From a candidate division FCPU426 bacterium (lineage in GTDB: Bacteria > Oederibacteriota > Muellerivitia > Muellerivitales > Muellerivitaceae), in assembly GCA_963771075.1 (NCBI GenBank), contig CAVYSE010000011.1, positions 96,001 to 160,000 of the forward strand: DNA of 64,000 bases, read 5' to 3'. The translations under genes and the position numbers were made by a program. Numbering within the stretch: position 1 is the stretch's first letter; every line of letters begins with the position of its first letter. Under the pieces are notes generated by a model. It was not told the origin of the DNA. It saw only the letters and a program-made list of their open reading frames with translations, and made no database searches. Below are positions 9,960 to 19,163 of this stretch, piece after piece.

Positions 9960-10472
9960 ATGAACTTACGTTACATAAATAAAAAAGGGACGCTTCTATT
10001 GGCGGTTCTTTGGTTTGCCGTTGCATTCTCGCATCTGGTGGGGGCGGGAACCTCACCCACTCCTTCGATTGTCAACTCTTCCAAAATGACGGCCATGCGA
10101 AAGGCCCTCCAGGTCTATGCCTATGAGAAGGGGTCGGATGTGGTTTCGGATGTCACGGGCATCTTCGACCAAAAGAGCCAGAAAGTGAACCTGAAGTGCG
10201 AGTTCAAGAACCTGACGAAAAAGGAGATCCACGGGGTGCGGGGCATCCTGCGCTTTACCACGATCTTCGGCGACTTCATCACCGACCAATCCCTCGAATC
10301 GACCGCGGTGATCGCCCCCGGCCAGGTGATTTCCATTTCCTGGGATATCCCCTCGGAAAGATTCACGGGCAACAGGATGGAAACATTCAAGAAGCTCAAG
10401 CTCGACCAGATGAAGCAAATTTGGTATCCCCGTATGATCGTTTTCACTGACGGAACGGTCCTGAAAGAATAA
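9960..10472 (+). CDS. Secreted hypothetical protein
   Basis: RBS GGAGG, signal peptide and host-like codon usage. Confidence 0.75.
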   Translation: MNLRYINKKGTLLLAVLWFAVAFSHLVGAGTSPTPSIVNSSKMTAMRKALQVYAYEKGSDVVSDVTGIFDQKSQKVNLKCEFKNLTKKEIHGVRGILRFTTIFGDFITDQSLESTAVIAPGQVISISWDIPSERFTGNRMETFKKLKLDQMKQIWYPRMIVFTDGTVLKE

Positions 10473-11198
10473 ATGCCCATGAACCCTACCAGGCTGGTGC
10501 TATTCGACATCGACGGAACGCTGCTTTCTACCTACCGCAAGGGTTGGGAGGAGCCCTTTACCAGCGGGATAGTCGTGACTTTCCGGGAAATGAATATTCC
10601 CGTCACCATCGACTCATCCCGTTTCCGGGCGGGGGGAAAGACCGACCCCCAGATCATCTGGGAGCTTCTGGAGGGCAACAATATCTCAGAGGAAGACTTC
10701 AACAAGGCCCTGCCCCAGATCCAGAAAAGGTACTTGAGAAGCATGAAGGAGAAGGTCAAGGGTCCCCAGCATGTGCAGTTGAAGCCCGGGGTCAAGGAAC
10801 TGCTTGCCGATTGGGAGCTCCGGAAAGAATTGCTGATTGGCTTGCTGACCGGCAATTTTGAGGAGGGCGCCCGCTGGAAACTGGAAACCCACAAATTGAA
10901 CCATTATTTTCCCTTCGGGGCCTTCGGGGACGGGACCAAGGTTCGAGCGGACCTGCCGGCCAGGGCCGTGGCGGAAGCCAAGCGCATTACCGGGCAAGAT
11001 TTTAAGGGAAAAGACATCGTCATCATTGGCGACACGCCCAACGACGTGCTTTGCGGCAAGCCCCTGGGGGTTCGAACGGTGGCGGTGGCTTCCAGTAACT
11101 ATTCGATGGATGAATTGAAAGGGGCAAACCCCGATTATTTGTTCGAGAATCTGGTGGATAAGGATAAGGTGCTCCAGGCCATCCTGGATACGCTTTAA
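10473..11198 (+). CDS. HAD-superfamily hydrolase (phosphoglycolate phosphatase-like)
   Basis: LFDIDGTL, LTGN and IGDTPNDV motifs. Confidence 0.9.
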   Translation: MPMNPTRLVLFDIDGTLLSTYRKGWEEPFTSGIVVTFREMNIPVTIDSSRFRAGGKTDPQIIWELLEGNNISEEDFNKALPQIQKRYLRSMKEKVKGPQHVQLKPGVKELLADWELRKELLIGLLTGNFEEGARWKLETHKLNHYFPFGAFGDGTKVRADLPARAVAEAKRITGQDFKGKDIVIIGDTPNDVLCGKPLGVRTVAVASSNYSMDELKGANPDYLFENLVDKDKVLQAILDTL

Positions 11199-11204
11199 AA
11201 TTTT

Positions 11205-11280
11205 CACCACGGCACAAAGTCACCAAGAAAGTCTAAGATTTTAAAACGGAAATTTTGCTTTCCTTGGTGTCTTGGTGGTT
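11205..11280. repeat. REP-like inverted repeat built of CRCNRAG units
   Basis: CACCACGGCACAAAGTCACCAAG ... CCTTGGTGTCTTGGTGGTT. Confidence 0.7.
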
Positions 11281-11312
11281 TTATTTGTTTGAATAACATT
11301 TAGGGGGACGAT

Positions 11313-12140
11313 ATGAAAATCAAACTAGCCCACAGCCCGGACGCGGACGACGCCTTCATGTTTTACGGCCTCGCCAAGGGCAAGATTGATACCGAAGGAA
11401 TCGAATACGAGCACGTCTTGAAGGATATCCAGACCCTGAACGACTGGGCCCAGGAGGGGCACATGGAAGTGACGGCCATCTCGGCTCACGCCTACGCCTA
11501 CGTGAAGGACAAGTATGACGTTTTGACCCACGGGGGAAGCATCGGCCGAAACTACGGCCCCATGGTGGTGGCCACCGAGGAAATGACCATTGACCAGCTC
11601 AAGGGCCGGAAAATCGCCGTTCCGGGCAAGCTCACCAGCGCCTACCTGGCCCTGAGGCTTTGCCTTCCCGAGTTCGTGGAAGTGGTCATGGACTTCGACC
11701 GCATCATGGACGCGGTGATCAAGGGGGATGTGGAAGCGGGCCTTTTGATCCACGAAGGCCAGCTGACCTACCATGAGAAGGGCCTGCATAAGATCCTGGA
11801 ACTGGGAGAGTGGTGGTTCCAAACGACGGGCATGGTCCTCCCGATGGGGTTGAACGCCATTCGAAAGGACCTACCGGCGGACGTGAAGGCGAAAGTTTCA
11901 AAGCACCTCAAGGAATCCATCAAGTTTTCATTGGCCAACCGGGACGCGGCGCTTGATTACGCCTTGGGTTTCGGTCGGGGTCTTTCCCGGGACGTGGCGG
12001 ACAGGTTCGTCGGCATGTGGGTAAACGACCGCACAGTGAACATGGGCGAGGAAGGGAAAAAAGCGGTGAGAACCTTCCTGAAAGAAGGGGAGAAGATGAA
12101 GCTGATTCCCCCCGTCGGCGAGGTTGTTTTTATTGATTAG
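11313..12140 (+). CDS. mqnD: MqnD-family protein (futalosine menaquinone pathway)
   Basis: AHSPDADDAFMFY, DIQTLN, GRNYGP and GLLIHEGQLTY. Confidence 0.85.
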   Translation: MKIKLAHSPDADDAFMFYGLAKGKIDTEGIEYEHVLKDIQTLNDWAQEGHMEVTAISAHAYAYVKDKYDVLTHGGSIGRNYGPMVVATEEMTIDQLKGRKIAVPGKLTSAYLALRLCLPEFVEVVMDFDRIMDAVIKGDVEAGLLIHEGQLTYHEKGLHKILELGEWWFQTTGMVLPMGLNAIRKDLPADVKAKVSKHLKESIKFSLANRDAALDYALGFGRGLSRDVADRFVGMWVNDRTVNMGEEGKKAVRTFLKEGEKMKLIPPVGEVVFID

Positions 12141-12153
12141 CCGAAAGAAGAAT

Positions 12154-12576
12154 TTGGGTGATGCTAACAGCCAATCGCCAACAGCTAACAGCTGGTCCCT
12201 ATACATCGCCGAATGCGCCGACGGCACCTATTACACCGGCATTGCCAAGGACGTTGAAAAACGAATCGAAACCCACAACTCGGGCAAGGGGAGTAAGTAC
12301 ACGGCCGCCCATGGGCCCGTGCGCCTTATCTTTCAGGAACCCCAGGGTGACTATTCCACGGCCTTGAGGCGGGAATACCAGGTGAAAAATGTATCGAAAG
12401 CTCGGAAGATACGTCTGATCGGGGGTGAACCCCTCCCGCCGCCTGATGAAAAGGGCAAAATGACCTTCCAGAAAGTAAAAAAACAGAAGAAAAGGAATAG
12501 ACGAACCCCAAAAGAGGTAATTTCACCGCCAAGACGAAAAGTTCGCCAAGAAAAGCAAAAACCGATTAAGATTTAA
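12154..12576 (+). CDS. GIY-YIG nuclease family protein (UPF0213/YhbQ-like)
   Basis: LYIAECADGTYYTGI...RIETHNSGKGSKYT...ALRREYQVK. Start codon uncertain. Confidence 0.85.
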   Translation: MGDANSQSPTANSWSLYIAECADGTYYTGIAKDVEKRIETHNSGKGSKYTAAHGPVRLIFQEPQGDYSTALRREYQVKNVSKARKIRLIGGEPLPPPDEKGKMTFQKVKKQKKRNRRTPKEVISPPRRKVRQEKQKPIKI

Positions 12577-12636
12577 AGAATTCAAACCGTACATTTTTTT
12601 CCGATGTTCTTGGCGTACTTGGCGTCTTGGCGGTGA
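12523..12636. repeat. REP-like inverted repeat (CGCCAAG units)
   Basis: TCACCGCCAAGACGAAAAGTTCGCCAAGAA ... TTCTTGGCGTACTTGGCGTCTTGGCGGTGA. Confidence 0.8.
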
Positions 12637-12691
12637 TTATTTAGTTGTTTCCTTTGTTGGTACATTTACGACTTTACGGTACATTTCACCT

Positions 12692-13477
12692 ATGAATCAG
12701 AACCCACCCCCTTTGGAAGTCGGCGCGGCCCTTATCTACGAGAACGGCCGTTATCTGATCACCCAGCGCATGCCGGGGGATTCGTTCGGGGGTTATTGGG
12801 AACTGCCGGGGGGCAAAAAAGAACCCAACGAATCGCTGGAAGAATGCGTCATTCGCGAGTTGAAAGAAGAGTTGGGTATCGAAGTGTCCATAAAGACATT
12901 CTACAAGATCGTTAATTACCATTACCCCAACCGGGATGTGCGCCTGAACATCTTCCTTTGCGGGGTTAAGAGCGGAGTGCCGCAGAAGATCGAGGTGGCC
13001 GATTTCGCCTGGGTATCTCCCGGGGACCTTTCCTCCTACAACTTTCCCGAGGCGGACCAGACCTTGATCGAGGAGATCAAACAAAAGGATTGGGCCGCCG
13101 ATGAGAAGGCCAAGTATCTTCACGAGTACCTGGAGGGAATTAAGCTTTTCAACTCGGGAATGTATTTTGAGTGCCATGAGATGATCGAGGATATTTGGAT
13201 GAAGGTGGAAGGCCTGGATAAACTTCACTACCAAGCCCTCATCCAGGTTGCCGTGGGGGTACATCACTTTAAAAACGGCAATTGGACGGGAGCTATCGGT
13301 CTATATGAAAAGGCTTTGGAAAAATGGAAACAACTGCCTTCGACTTATTTGGGGATGGATATTGAGAAATTAAAAGAAGATTTTGGCTTGTTTTTTGAGA
13401 CCCTCCGCAAGGCCGGCGCCCACGGCATGCACCTCGTGCCTGAAAGCGCCGTACCAAAAATAACATTAACGGATTGA
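12692..13477 (+). CDS. MutT-like NUDIX hydrolase fused to a DUF309 domain
   Basis: Nudix box GGKKEPNESLEECVIRELKEELG. C-half GIKLFNSGMYFECHEMIEDIW...LIQVAVGVHH is typical of DUF309. Confidence 0.85.
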   Translation: MNQNPPPLEVGAALIYENGRYLITQRMPGDSFGGYWELPGGKKEPNESLEECVIRELKEELGIEVSIKTFYKIVNYHYPNRDVRLNIFLCGVKSGVPQKIEVADFAWVSPGDLSSYNFPEADQTLIEEIKQKDWAADEKAKYLHEYLEGIKLFNSGMYFECHEMIEDIWMKVEGLDKLHYQALIQVAVGVHHFKNGNWTGAIGLYEKALEKWKQLPSTYLGMDIEKLKEDFGLFFETLRKAGAHGMHLVPESAVPKITLTD

Positions 13478-13512
13478 CCGATTTCAATAGCTTGGTCACC
13501 CAATATTCGATT

Positions 13513-15496
13513 TCATTCTCGTCTGTGTTCGAAATGAGTCTCAACCTCCTTGAAAATGGGGAGAGGGTATCCTTTTTCCAATGCCAGGCGGGCGGTGGCG
13601 TGTGAAATCGCAGGATCATTCGAGGACAATAAAAATAATATTTTTTCATCACGGCAGGATTCCAGAAAGGGATCGGGCCTTTCTCCAAGAGCGGTATCCA
13701 GCAATTTTTGGATGAACTGCTGAACGGGTTCGGCCGGCAAATGGTTTAAAAAATCGGCGACATCATTTCTGAATTCGATGTCGATCTTACACCAGGAGCC
13801 GAGTATTTCCTTGTTATCGGATCGGATGGGAATCACCCCAAGAAACCGTCGGCCCTTCTTCCATAAGTTATCCGGTCCTAAGTCATGCCATTGGATGCCG
13901 GAAATCCGACGGTTTAAAAAGGGAAGGTATTCCTCGTTTTCCAACAGGGCTACCCAACGGATTTGGGTGGGTTGTATTCTTGGATTGACGATGGCGTTGA
14001 AGGAGTAGGCGGCAAAATCCATGGAATGGTTCCAGGTCATGTTGGTCAGATCCGACAACAGATAGCCCGGGCCGACAGGCGCGTATTGGGTTTTAAGGAT
14101 TTCATAGGCTTTTGGCAAGTTCTGTCCGTTGGTTTCTTCCCTCCCAGCCCAAATAGGTTGGTTATGGTACAAATCCAAGCAGGTGGCGGAAATGAACAAT
14201 AAAAAGACCACTCGAATTGCTTGTCTGGCAGGCATTGCCCCCAAAAGACGCTGAAAACCCAGACCTGCCAATAAGGTTTGAATGGGAAAGGATGGAAGAA
14301 TTCTGAAAATATCGAAACCAATCGATAAGAATCCGGGTGCCAGGGTCACGATCAAACTGAAAAGGAGCCATTTTAGGAATGGCGAGGAAAGGATCCGTTT
14401 AAATTCCGCGAGTCCAAGGAAAATCAAGGAAGTCAATATCGGGTTCCACATTCCTCCCCAGTGAGGCCCGTATCCCCCGACCAAGTTGCGCCAAAATAAA
14501 GAGGTGGCATTACTGGCCCAAAAGGTCCATGGCGAGTAGACCTCCGGATGGGGGGTGAAAATCCAAAGGGAATGGATATGGGTCCCGTAATGTTCATGGA
14601 TAGCGGACCGTATAAATAAAATCATGAAAAAGGAAAAAGGGAATGAAGATAGCCCGGGAATTTTTTTGGAATCCTAGCGCGATCAAAGCGATAAGAATGA
14701 TAAGAGTGACCACCGACCAGGAGATGCTGATGAAAAAGCCTGAACCCGTGAGGATTCCTAATATCAAAGCGTTTTGTGGTTGCCTGGTTGAAAAATGAAT
14801 AAGCCGTCCCAAAAAACCCAAAGCGGCAATTTGCCAAAGCAACGCAAGCACATGGAAAAAACAAAGATCACCCGCATACAAAGTCCAAAACCCGGTCGCG
14901 GTGACCATCAGGCAAAATAGGGAAAGAGACCTTGGGAAGCATGTGCGTGCGGAGCTGTAGGTGATGGCGACGATCAAACCCGAGATGACAATAGAATAAA
15001 AGCGGGTCGTGAAAAGACTCGGGTTGAAAAGTTTATATATCAAGGCCAAGCCCCAATAAAAGGGAGCCGGGTTTTGGGCGTGGGATAAAAACAAAGGCCA
15101 GGACCACTTTTGGGATAACTCCAGTGAGAAAAAGGATAATAGGGAACTGTCTCCATCCGGCCAATGGGCCCAAAAGGTCATTTGCCCTATACGGGCGAAT
15201 AAAGCCGCGCCATAAATTAAAAGCCAAAACCAAATAGGTATGGCCTCTATGAAGTCTTTTTGATGGAGCACAAAAGGGGGCATGCGGGAAGGTGTTATCA
15301 AGAGCGCAACGAAAGGTAAGCAAAGCCCGAAAAGAAAAATCCAAATTACAAGCTGAAGGCTTAGGTTCCCGTAAGAAAGGAAACAATTGGAAACAAGGAA
15401 TAAAAGAAAATAAGCCCAAGGATTGTTCGGAAGGGGTTGATGTGCCCGGAGGGCTTGGATTGCGCCCGCGATTTTCAAATTTTCCTCATGAGCCAT
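13513..15496 (-). CDS. GT39/ArnT-like (PMT_2) membrane glycosyltransferase with an apparent frameshift near 14630
   Basis: Two overlapping polytopic ORFs join at a T-run (CCCTTTTTCCTTTTTCATG). Motifs WPDGDS and QNPAPFYW. Confidence 0.65.
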
Positions 15497-15515
15497 CCGG
15501 AAGGCTCTATTGGTC

Positions 15516-16433
15516 TTATGCCAAACAATCGGAATTTCTTTTCCACATCGGGTATTTGATCCGCTCCAACGCGCTGTTGCGGGTGAATTCTTTGAACTCC
15601 TGTTCTGACATATTAGAAGCTTTCTCCAAAGTTAAATCCAACAATTCCGGGCGGGGAGCAAAGCCTTCCTCCCGTCTCGCCGGTGCGTTGGTGTTGTAGG
15701 GACAGGCCGTTTGACAAAGGTCACAACCCGCCAGATAACCGTGTTGGTTCACATCCTTAGGAAAATCTGAGCGGTGTTCCAGGGTGAGATAGCTGATGCA
15801 TTTCGTCGCGTTCAAAACTCCCGGTTCTTCCAAGGCACCCACGGGGCAGGCATCCATACAGGAAGTGCAGGTTTTACAAAGGTTGTCCGTGGGGTTGTCA
15901 TAGGCTAGTTCTGCGTCGGTCAGAATTTCGCCCAGGAACAAAAAAGAACCGAACTTGCGGTTTAACAGAAGGGTGTTCTTGCCGATCCAGCCTAATCCGG
16001 CCTGGGCCGCATAACTCCGCTCCAATATCGGTCCCGTATCCACGTACCACTTGGCAATCGAATCCGGGCAGAGTGTTTGGCTAAGGTAATCGGTGAGAGT
16101 CTTAAGCTTACCACCTACAACCTTGTGGTAATCCTGCCCCCAGGCGTAACAGGAAATGGGATGTTTCTCCAACAGAGGATAATGCTCGGGCTTGGGGTTG
16201 TAGCTTAAGGCCACGCAAAAAACGGATTTGGCGCCGGGAAGAACAAGCTGGGGATCCCCGCGCTCGGTTTTGCGGCGGTTCAAATACTCCATCTCACCGG
16301 CATATCCTTTGGCGAGCCAATCCAAATAATATGAAAAATCGGGGGAAGTAATAGCGGGAGTAGCGCCGGATAGTTCAAAGCCGAGTTCGGAAGCCTTTTG
16401 CTTTAAGATGCGGGTGGTTTCCGCCGGACTCAT
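15516..16433 (-). CDS. queG: Epoxyqueuosine reductase
   Basis: VDTGPILER, AGLGWIGKN, CxxCxxCxxxCP and GCDLCQTACPYN. ATGA overlap with the upstream gene. Confidence 0.95.
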   Translation of the reverse strand: MSPAETTRILKQKASELGFELSGATPAITSPDFSYYLDWLAKGYAGEMEYLNRRKTERGDPQLVLPGAKSVFCVALSYNPKPEHYPLLEKHPISCYAWGQDYHKVVGGKLKTLTDYLSQTLCPDSIAKWYVDTGPILERSYAAQAGLGWIGKNTLLLNRKFGSFLFLGEILTDAELAYDNPTDNLCKTCTSCMDACPVGALEEPGVLNATKCISYLTLEHRSDFPKDVNQHGYLAGCDLCQTACPYNTNAPARREEGFAPRPELLDLTLEKASNMSEQEFKEFTRNSALERIKYPMWKRNSDCLA

Positions 16434-16969
16434 TTGTTCTTGAGAAGGGAGTAGGTCTGGCCCGAAGCGCTCAATAAAGCCAGGATGAAAATGGGGACGA
16501 TAAAGGGCCTCAAAGCAGGGCGGAGGGCGAAATAGAGGAAACCACCAAAGAGGACCACGGCCCATGAAAAGGCCAGCCAAAAATAATCCCAAGGGTTATT
16601 TTGGGATACCCGATGATGCTGCATTTTTTTGAAGAATTCGGCGGCGGTGTGCCTTTCCCTGGTATGGCGGTTATCCACTTGGCCGCCGAGGTTCTTGAGG
16701 AGCAATTCGACCAGGTGCAATTGCAAATCGTAAGCTTTAGGGGGGGCGTCGGATGAAACGTGGAGGCTAAACTTTCCTTCTCCCTCGTCGTAAGAAACCA
16801 GGCATTCCACCTCGGGGGGGCCCGGCTCGTGGAATCGCAAGTCTTCCCATTGGTCCGGTTTGCCCTTCACGGTGACTTCCACCGGAAAACCCATTTTATG
16901 GATTTGATCCAGCAGGGAAGGCGCTGAGGGAAGTTTCGTTTTTTCCGGCGTTAATATGAATTCGGGCAT
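16430..16969 (-). CDS. Hypothetical membrane protein (two C-terminal TM helices)
   Basis: ORF is translationally coupled to queG. Confidence 0.7.
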   Translation of the reverse strand: MPEFILTPEKTKLPSAPSLLDQIHKMGFPVEVTVKGKPDQWEDLRFHEPGPPEVECLVSYDEGEGKFSLHVSSDAPPKAYDLQLHLVELLLKNLGGQVDNRHTRERHTAAEFFKKMQHHRVSQNNPWDYFWLAFSWAVVLFGGFLYFALRPALRPFIVPIFILALLSASGQTYSLLKNK

Positions 16970-17043
16970 GGCACCCTATCAATGGATTCGGATGGCAACC
17001 GACTCATTATAACCACTTCATTTGGGGGAGGGGCTTTTGGTGT

Positions 17044-17074
17044 AAAAAAAGGGACGGGTAGGTCCCCGTCCCTT
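17044..17074 (-). terminator. Intrinsic terminator downstream of mtnD
   Basis: GGGACGGG/CCCGTCCC stem with A7 on the plus strand (U-tract on the minus strand). Confidence 0.65.
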
Positions 17075-17099
17075 CGGATTATTTTAAACCAACAACATT

Positions 17100-17199
17100 C
17101 ACCACTAAATACACAAAGGAAAAAGCCATTCGAAAAACTTGGGTTTGAGGAAAACCAAAATTAAATTTTGTGCTTTGTTTGCTTGGTAACCTTTGTGGT
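17100..17199. repeat. Degenerate CRCNRAG-type inverted repeat
   Basis: CACCACTAAATACACAAAGG ... CTTGGTAACCTTTGTGGT. Confidence 0.5.
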
Positions 17200-17213
17200 A
17201 AGAGCTGGGGGTT

Positions 17214-17681
17214 TTAAGAAGCCGCGCCCGCCGCCTCCAAATCCTTGCGGTAAAGCGGGGTCCAGCCGGATTGGTCCTTAAATAACCGGACACAATGAAT
17301 GTTCCTTTCCTCGGTCAGGTAAAACTTGTGAAAGCGGTTGGCGGGAACCAGGATGAAATCGCTGGGGTCCACCTTCACCTTCATCCAGCGGTCGTCCTTA
17401 CTGCGGATTTCGAACACCCCCGAGCCGGCCAGCACGAAACGCACCTCATCATCGGTGTGCAGGTGTTCGCCCACGAATTTCTGGCAGAGGGCGTCGAAGT
17501 TGGGCATCTCGGGCCACATCTTGACATGGTCCATGGTGACATAGCCCCGTTCTTTCATGAGGGCTTCCAGGGGCCCCTTATACTTCGCCTCATCTGTCTC
17601 AAATTGCTCGTAGGTGACGCCCTGGGCGTTGAGTTCCAGGGCGGTTATTTCCTGGTTGGTGTCGGTCCAGATTGCCTTCAT
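17214..17681 (-). CDS. mtnD: Acireductone dioxygenase
   Basis: Cupin motif EHLHTDDEVRF...GSGVF...H...VRLF...GW. Adjacent to mtnB. Confidence 0.92.
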   Translation of the reverse strand: MKAIWTDTNQEITALELNAQGVTYEQFETDEAKYKGPLEALMKERGYVTMDHVKMWPEMPNFDALCQKFVGEHLHTDDEVRFVLAGSGVFEIRSKDDRWMKVKVDPSDFILVPANRFHKFYLTEERNIHCVRLFKDQSGWTPLYRKDLEAAGAAS

Positions 17682-17755
17682 TTTTATCTCCCCCTCAACT
17701 GATTTTTTGAATTTTAAGGATTGAGTTGTAGGTTAGAACCCGAAACTTCGAACCG

Positions 17756-18415
17756 TTAATCATTCGCGATTCCCAGTTGTTTCCGCCGGGCGGCCGCGGC
17801 AAAGAGGTAGTCATAGCATTCGGCTTGGGTCTTGGCTTGCTTCCAATCCTTGCCCCAAACGTACATCCCGTGGTTGCGCACCAGCACGGCGTAAGACCGG
17901 GGATTATTTTGGATGGCCTCGCCCAAAGAATCAGCCAGGTCGCATTCGTGAGCGGTGTTGTTGATGATGGGCACGTTGACCGTGTCGAAGGCCCCATAGC
18001 CTTCCAGGCCCTTCTGCATCTCCAGGTTGCTGATGGTGAACTGCTTGTCGAACAGCTCGGTAGCGATGACCGCGTTGATCGAATGGCTGTGCAAGACCGC
18101 TCCGGCTTTGCGTTGCTTGTAGGCATGCATGAAGAGGGGGGCGCACTGGGAAAGCTTCAAGCCAAGGCCCGGTTCCTGGACGACCTGGCCCTCCAAGTCG
18201 AGTACGAAGATGTCCTCGGGTTTCAGGCGTTCCTTTTGGACCCCGCTGGGGGCCATGTAGATATGCTTTTCATCCCGGATGGAGATACCGCCGCCGGTGC
18301 CGGAAGCCCAGCCGAGATTGAAAAAATGTCCGCAAAGCTCGCATATCAGGGCGCGGATTTCCTGGGCGGAAGGGTAGCGCGGTTTTTCTTTGACTTCTTT
18401 TAAGGTGATATTCAT
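17756..18415 (-). CDS. mtnB: Methylthioribulose-1-phosphate dehydratase (APIP-like)
   Basis: GWASGTGGGISI, APSGVQKER, SQCAPLF, HSHS and RNHGMYVWG. Confidence 0.95.
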   Translation of the reverse strand: MNITLKEVKEKPRYPSAQEIRALICELCGHFFNLGWASGTGGGISIRDEKHIYMAPSGVQKERLKPEDIFVLDLEGQVVQEPGLGLKLSQCAPLFMHAYKQRKAGAVLHSHSINAVIATELFDKQFTISNLEMQKGLEGYGAFDTVNVPIINNTAHECDLADSLGEAIQNNPRSYAVLVRNHGMYVWGKDWKQAKTQAECYDYLFAAAARRKQLGIAND

Positions 18416-18475
18416 TTTCAGTTAAAATAACAACGTGAATTGCCAAATTCAATGGTTTGGGCCAAAACTTTTAAT

Positions 18476-18557
18476 AGAGGACTCAGAGTAAAAAGTATAA
18501 AAGTGTAAAGACTTATCCCCATTAAAACTCTGCGTTACTCTGTGTGACTCTGAGGTT
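18476..18557. repeat. CRCNRAG-type inverted repeat (CAGAG units)
   Basis: AGAGGACTCAGAGT ... ACTCTGCGTTACTCTGTGTGACTCTGAGGTT. Confidence 0.6.
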
Positions 18558-18603
18558 CAATCTTATTTGACTATTTGGACACCCGTGGGGTAAGGAGTGA
18601 AGA

Positions 18604-19059
18604 TTGCCCTATTATCAAAGCCGGGATGAGATCGTGATCAATGCCCCGCTCGAAAGGGCTTACCGAGCCCTGACCGATTGGGAAGAAAGATCCCGATGGC
18701 GCAAGGGGATGAGAATCCACTGGCATGGAAGCCCCCGGGCCTTTGTGGGCCAGGAAATAAACTTCGATATCGCGGAAACTATTCCGCCCGCCCGCTTCGG
18801 CTATCGAATAACCGGGTTGGAGCCAAACCAGCGGATCTTTATGGAATATCAGGGATGTTCCTTGGAGGGGAGGGCGGCCATAGAGGTCACCCCCCTTGAA
18901 AAGGGATGCAGGGTCGCCTTTTATTGGATGAAGGTCCGGCCGAAGGGTTTTCTCGCCTGGCTTTATTTCAGGTTGGGTTGGGGGCTCGCGTCCCATAAAA
19001 GAAGGACCCGTCAAACACTTGAATTGCTGAAAAAACATTTTGAAAGCACTGATCACTAG
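18604..19059 (+). CDS. SRPBCC/START-fold protein
   Basis: N-terminal signature IVINAPLERAYRALTDW...W. Confidence 0.7.
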   Translation: MPYYQSRDEIVINAPLERAYRALTDWEERSRWRKGMRIHWHGSPRAFVGQEINFDIAETIPPARFGYRITGLEPNQRIFMEYQGCSLEGRAAIEVTPLEKGCRVAFYWMKVRPKGFLAWLYFRLGWGLASHKRRTRQTLELLKKHFESTDH

Positions 19060-19163
19060 CGCCGATATCGAAAGATTGATTTGATGCTTATTGTGGTCTT
19101 ATCATGCCATCCCTGCCGGTTTCCTAAAGTGTTTTGAAAAAAAGTTATTTCGGGGAGAAATCC

